Shown here: piece by piece, positions 60,301 through 64,000 of the stretch | Numbering within the stretch: the stretch's first letter is position 1 | How the letters are laid out: every line of letters begins with the position of its first letter | Source: Vitrella brassicaformis CCMP3155 | Lineage: Eukaryota > Protista > Chromerida | Direction of reading: 5' to 3' | Length of the DNA: 64,000 nucleotides | Assembly: GCA_001179505.1 (NCBI GenBank) | Contig: CDMY01000571.1 | Location: forward strand, 248,001-312,000 | The notes under the pieces: generated by a model | What the model was told of the DNA's origin: nothing | What the model saw: only the letters and a program-made list of their open reading frames with translations | Database searches by the model: none | Position numbers and translations under genes: made by a program

Positions 60301-62356
60301 TCCAGCAGGCTGACAAAATGACCAAGAAGACAATGAGAGACATGCTGCGATCTGGATATTTCTCCTATGTGCACCTTCGGAGCACTGCCCAGGGCCGGAC
60401 ACGGCATTGTGTTCCGTGTGGTAGAATGGGAATGTCCTGACGATGTCCGACTTGTACAGGAGGCACTGCAGTGGCCCCAACAGGTAGCTGAACCGGCGAC
60501 ACTCAGAGTCCATCGCACACTCCTGAACGGAGACATTGTGAATACGCCCAGAATTAAATGCATGAATAGCTGTCCTCACCTGTTGGCACTCTGCGGCCGA
60601 GTGTATGCCTTTGATCTCTCTGATAAAGGGCCCCTCATATTTGGTGTAGGGCTCGTAGCAATCTGATGGAAGAGAGAGACAGAAACAGCGTCAGAGGCGT
60701 GTGAGAAAGAAACCTTCCATGGAATGTACCATATAGACATCTCTTTGGTCCAGAAATGGCACTGGTGTCATTTGTGCGACCAGTCATCGTCCGCATCAGC
60801 ACACAATCGCCCCTCGCCTTGAGATATGTGAAGAACTTGCAACCGCTGGAAGCGCTGCACAGCGCCTGGCATGCTGGTGCCGAACCGACGTTTGTTGATG
60901 TCGCCATTGTATCGCCCTTGTAGCTGTAGTCGTACTCCGCACAGTGGGGCACTTTCTGTGAGAAAAAGGACGGAGAGGAGTGCAAGCATGCCTGCTTGGA
61001 GTATGGAGCGCTTCCCTCACCTCGAAGGCCATGTCGCTTGTGATCGTCTGAATAGAAGACAGGCCTCGTAGCGGCAGAACACCGTACGCTTCAGCCCCCT
61101 ACGCGACACATATTGATTCGCTGCTCGTCTATATACAGGGCATTGCAGCTGGGCACTCTCACCGTGTTGTCTGTGAGCTTCAGTAAGTATCCCGGCCGCC
61201 ACTTGTTGTTGGGCCATGAAACCGAGGCAAGAGAGCTCACATTCACCTGACAGAGATAACGAGCCATGCAGCTCTCTCAGCTTTGAAAAGCTGTGTGTGT
61301 CATACCGTGAACGCCCCGAGCTCCTTGTACGTGTCGACGAACGCCTTGCTGTCCTTGTGCCAGATGGACATCTTCACGATACCCACTGGGGAGTTGGACA
61401 CTTGCAGCTGACAGACACCAGGATACCGTGTCTCCTCGGTCTCACTGCGTGTTCTCCTTTATGTCTCTCACCGCCAGCCAGTAGGCCGTGCTATCGGCAG
61501 TGAATGTGAATTTGAGAGTCGTCCCCGTATGAGCGAGACCTCTGCAGACATTCGATTGCAATCGAACACATCATCGTCAGCAAGCGGTTTTCTCTGCATC
61601 CCTCCTTACAGCTCTCGCACGGTGGCGATATCAGAGGCGTTCTTGTCTGTTGCGTCCGCATCAGCCAGAGGAGAGACACTTGCGGCAGAGGGACACGGGA
61701 TTGCATGCCATCGTATCTGCGCAGAAGAGAGAAACAGGAAATATGCTTGAAGAATCAAGTGTCGTCCTTCGAACCTCTGCAGTGTCGTTGAGCCCCAGAT
61801 TGGCATCCACTCGGAGGTCCCCATCAGCACATTCATGGCAGCTGCACACATGAACCATGCAATGTAATCCTTCAGCGAGCATCGTGTTTCTTGGTTGCTC
61901 ACAGGTCAACGACAAGGGCGCGGAATGTCTTGACAGGTAAGTGGCCGCCCGCAGCCGAGAGGAGCTCAACCTGTGCACAACAAATCACAGGAGCGAGGTA
62001 CAAGACGATGAATGACTCTGCATTCTCACCTCAAGGCAGGTGCCGCAGGCTTCGAGGCCACCATGGACATCAAAGAAAACGGGACTGGCAGCAGCAAGCG
62101 TGTCGATACCGTCACTTCCAGTGGCCGTCAGGGGAGAGCACATGCCTGGCCGGTCCTCACTGATGGTGAGATCTGGCAGTGCCCTCCCTGACACGAGCAT
62201 CCACGAGCAATGAATGGGTGAAGAGCCAATGCATGCGCGCAAGGGCATCCAGGTGATATGCTTACCATGCAAGTTGTCCTCGTATCCATGTATTCCCGTG
62301 CACAAGCTCACTACGGAGAGAAAAAGCGCCACAAACGTCGACATCCAAGGAGACAT
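57397..62356 (-). CDS. Secreted multidomain protein: expansin-like (DPBB + CBM63) - 4x PAN/apple - 2x Cys-rich repeat - GH10 glycoside hydrolase (xylanase-like)
   Basis: Signal peptide; AAASPVFF..GGLEACGTCLE, VVDL-CHECADGDL, IRWHAIPCP, YWLA|VQVSNSPVGI; four C..C...C PAN units ending ISG(P/D)..C; GH10 motifs SLRALADKK.LYIGAA, ENECK, MRFHAAVW, FDVANE, YYNDY, GVGFQTH, FTEVDV, LWGFTD, DYKPKRAY. Confidence 0.85.
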
Positions 62357-62395
62357 TCAAGTTTACAACACAGAGAACGCGCATCCTACCCCCCC

Positions 62396-64000
62396 ATGAC
62401 CATGATGCTGCGCTTTTTGGCTTTTTTGGCGCTTGCGTTCATCGTGGCATGTGCGGGGGACGACGCTCCACCCACCAATGACGCCCCTCCCGCGGTTGAT
62501 CTCGTTGAGGGGCTTGACCAACTCCAGGTGAGCAAACCATCCGCCGATGGGAGATGGGTGGACCTTTGTGACGGCTTATCCATCCCTTCGTTGGTGGTGT
62601 CTGATGGTCTGCTCAGGGACTGTCATTCACTAACGCCACGGAACCTGATGCACCGCTACGTGAGCTGAAGAGGGAGCAAGGGCCGCTTGGGGCTGGGCGG
62701 GGAGGGTGGGGCCATGAGATCTTTGCGTGTTCAGGGATGCTCAAGGCCAAGTCCTTCCGACATCTCTTCAAAAAAAGCAAAAAGAGCAACAAAAAAGGTG
62801 GGATAAGACCATTGGTGCCGTCAAGGCAGTCCACGCACCATGCTCTTTCTATGCGTCCTTGATGGGTTGCCGGTTGTGCAGGTACGCTTCGGTTCCTGGC
62901 TCAGAAGAAGAAGATCTACGTTGGTGCGGCCATCAACCAGGTACCATTCATGGGCTCACGCAGAGAGGCTAGCGAGGGGGCGGTCAGGCATGACATTTCT
63001 CGCTGGTTGATGATTTGCTGTCTGTGTTTGATGGGTGGGTTGATGGATGGATGGATGCAGTGGAACCTGAAGAAAGCGCAATACATGAACACAGTCGCCA
63101 GGGAATTTAGCATGATCGTTGCGGAGAACGAATGCAAAATGAACAATATAGTCACACCCAAAAGTACGCCAACCCGAACACACCGAAACACAGAGAATCA
63201 CCCCTGCAAGTGACTGTCTCCCTCTTTGTGCTCATCCATCAATTTGAACTGCATCACCGACATCAGAGCAGTACAACTACGGCACGTGTGACCGCATTCT
63301 CAACGTGGCCAAGAAGAACGGTCAGGAGATGCGCTTCCATGCCCTCGTCTGGTACAGGGCGGCCCCCAAGGTGCTGCAGGCGGAGTCGAAGGCCAAGGTT
63401 GCCGCCTCACTCAAGAAGTTCTGTACCACCGTCACCAAGCGCTACGTCGCCAAGGGCGTCAGATGGTTCGACGTCGTCAACGAGGGTCAGTTAGCAGTCA
63501 CCAGGAAGCCGACGGGTCGCTGATTGAGAAAGGTCATTGCTTCCCCCTTTTGTTTGTTGTCTGTCTCTTACATTCATCCATCCATTTGCCAGCGTTTGCT
63601 GACAAGCAGCCGAAGAACAGCATCAACAAGCCCTCGTGGCGCAAGGCGTGGCCGTACACCAAGCTCCCCAACTGGGCCGAGGTCTCACTGCGGGCCGCCG
63701 CCAAAGGCGCCGGAAAGAAACGCAAACAGACACGGTAAGAAGTGTGACAACAGAGCAAAAAGCCACCCGTCCGTCAGTCACTTATGTGCGTGGTGCATGT
63801 CTGCACGTATGCAGTCTCATGTACAATGGTCAGCATGACCGAGAAGGGGAGAGATGGACGGAGAGAAAAAGAGGGTGAGCACATGTATATGACCATGTGT
63901 GTGCCTTTGTTGCGCAGACTACGGCATCGAGAGCATGAAGGGCTACATGAAGGGCAAGTCCGACGCCGTGTTTTGGATGGCCAAGACGTTCAAGAAGCGC
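62396..64000 (+). CDS. Secreted GH10 glycoside hydrolase (xylanase-like), runs off the right edge
   Basis: Signal peptide MTMMLRFLAFLALAFIVACAG; REFSMIVAENECKM, KNGQEMRFHALVWY, WFDVVNE, DYGIE. Confidence 0.85.

Overview
Eukaryotic, GC-rich, intron-dense genomic scaffold. Inferred source: a photosynthetic chromerid alveolate, probably Vitrella brassicaformis or a close relative. The basis is TTTAGGG telomere repeats, ~70-nt introns full of TG/CA/TCTG microsatellites, a plastid-targeted CCB-type b6f assembly factor, PAN/apple domains and a class I fumarase fragment. About 23 spliced genes or gene remnants are present, and no intact transposon, tRNA, rRNA or CRISPR array was found. Two 300-N gaps interrupt the sequence; the first follows an internal telomere array and is probably a scaffold misjoin. 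Highlights: (1) a secreted expansin-like/CBM63 + 4xPAN + Cys-rich + GH10 xylanase-like protein, head-to-head with a second GH10 gene, start codons 39 nt apart; (2) two tandem genes fusing a CBM20-like (starch-binding) domain to a RING E3 ligase, reminiscent of laforin-malin in one chain; (3) a subtelomeric cluster of paralogous long hairpins with retained pairing; (4) a KIF3-like kinesin with an altered switch II (DLAGCEH) and an ARM-like tail, plus a frameshifted copy of that tail; (5) two paralog-supported GC-AG introns; (6) a 22-28.5 kb zone of frameshifted genes. All exon models were built by eye and product names come from motif recognition, not database searches.
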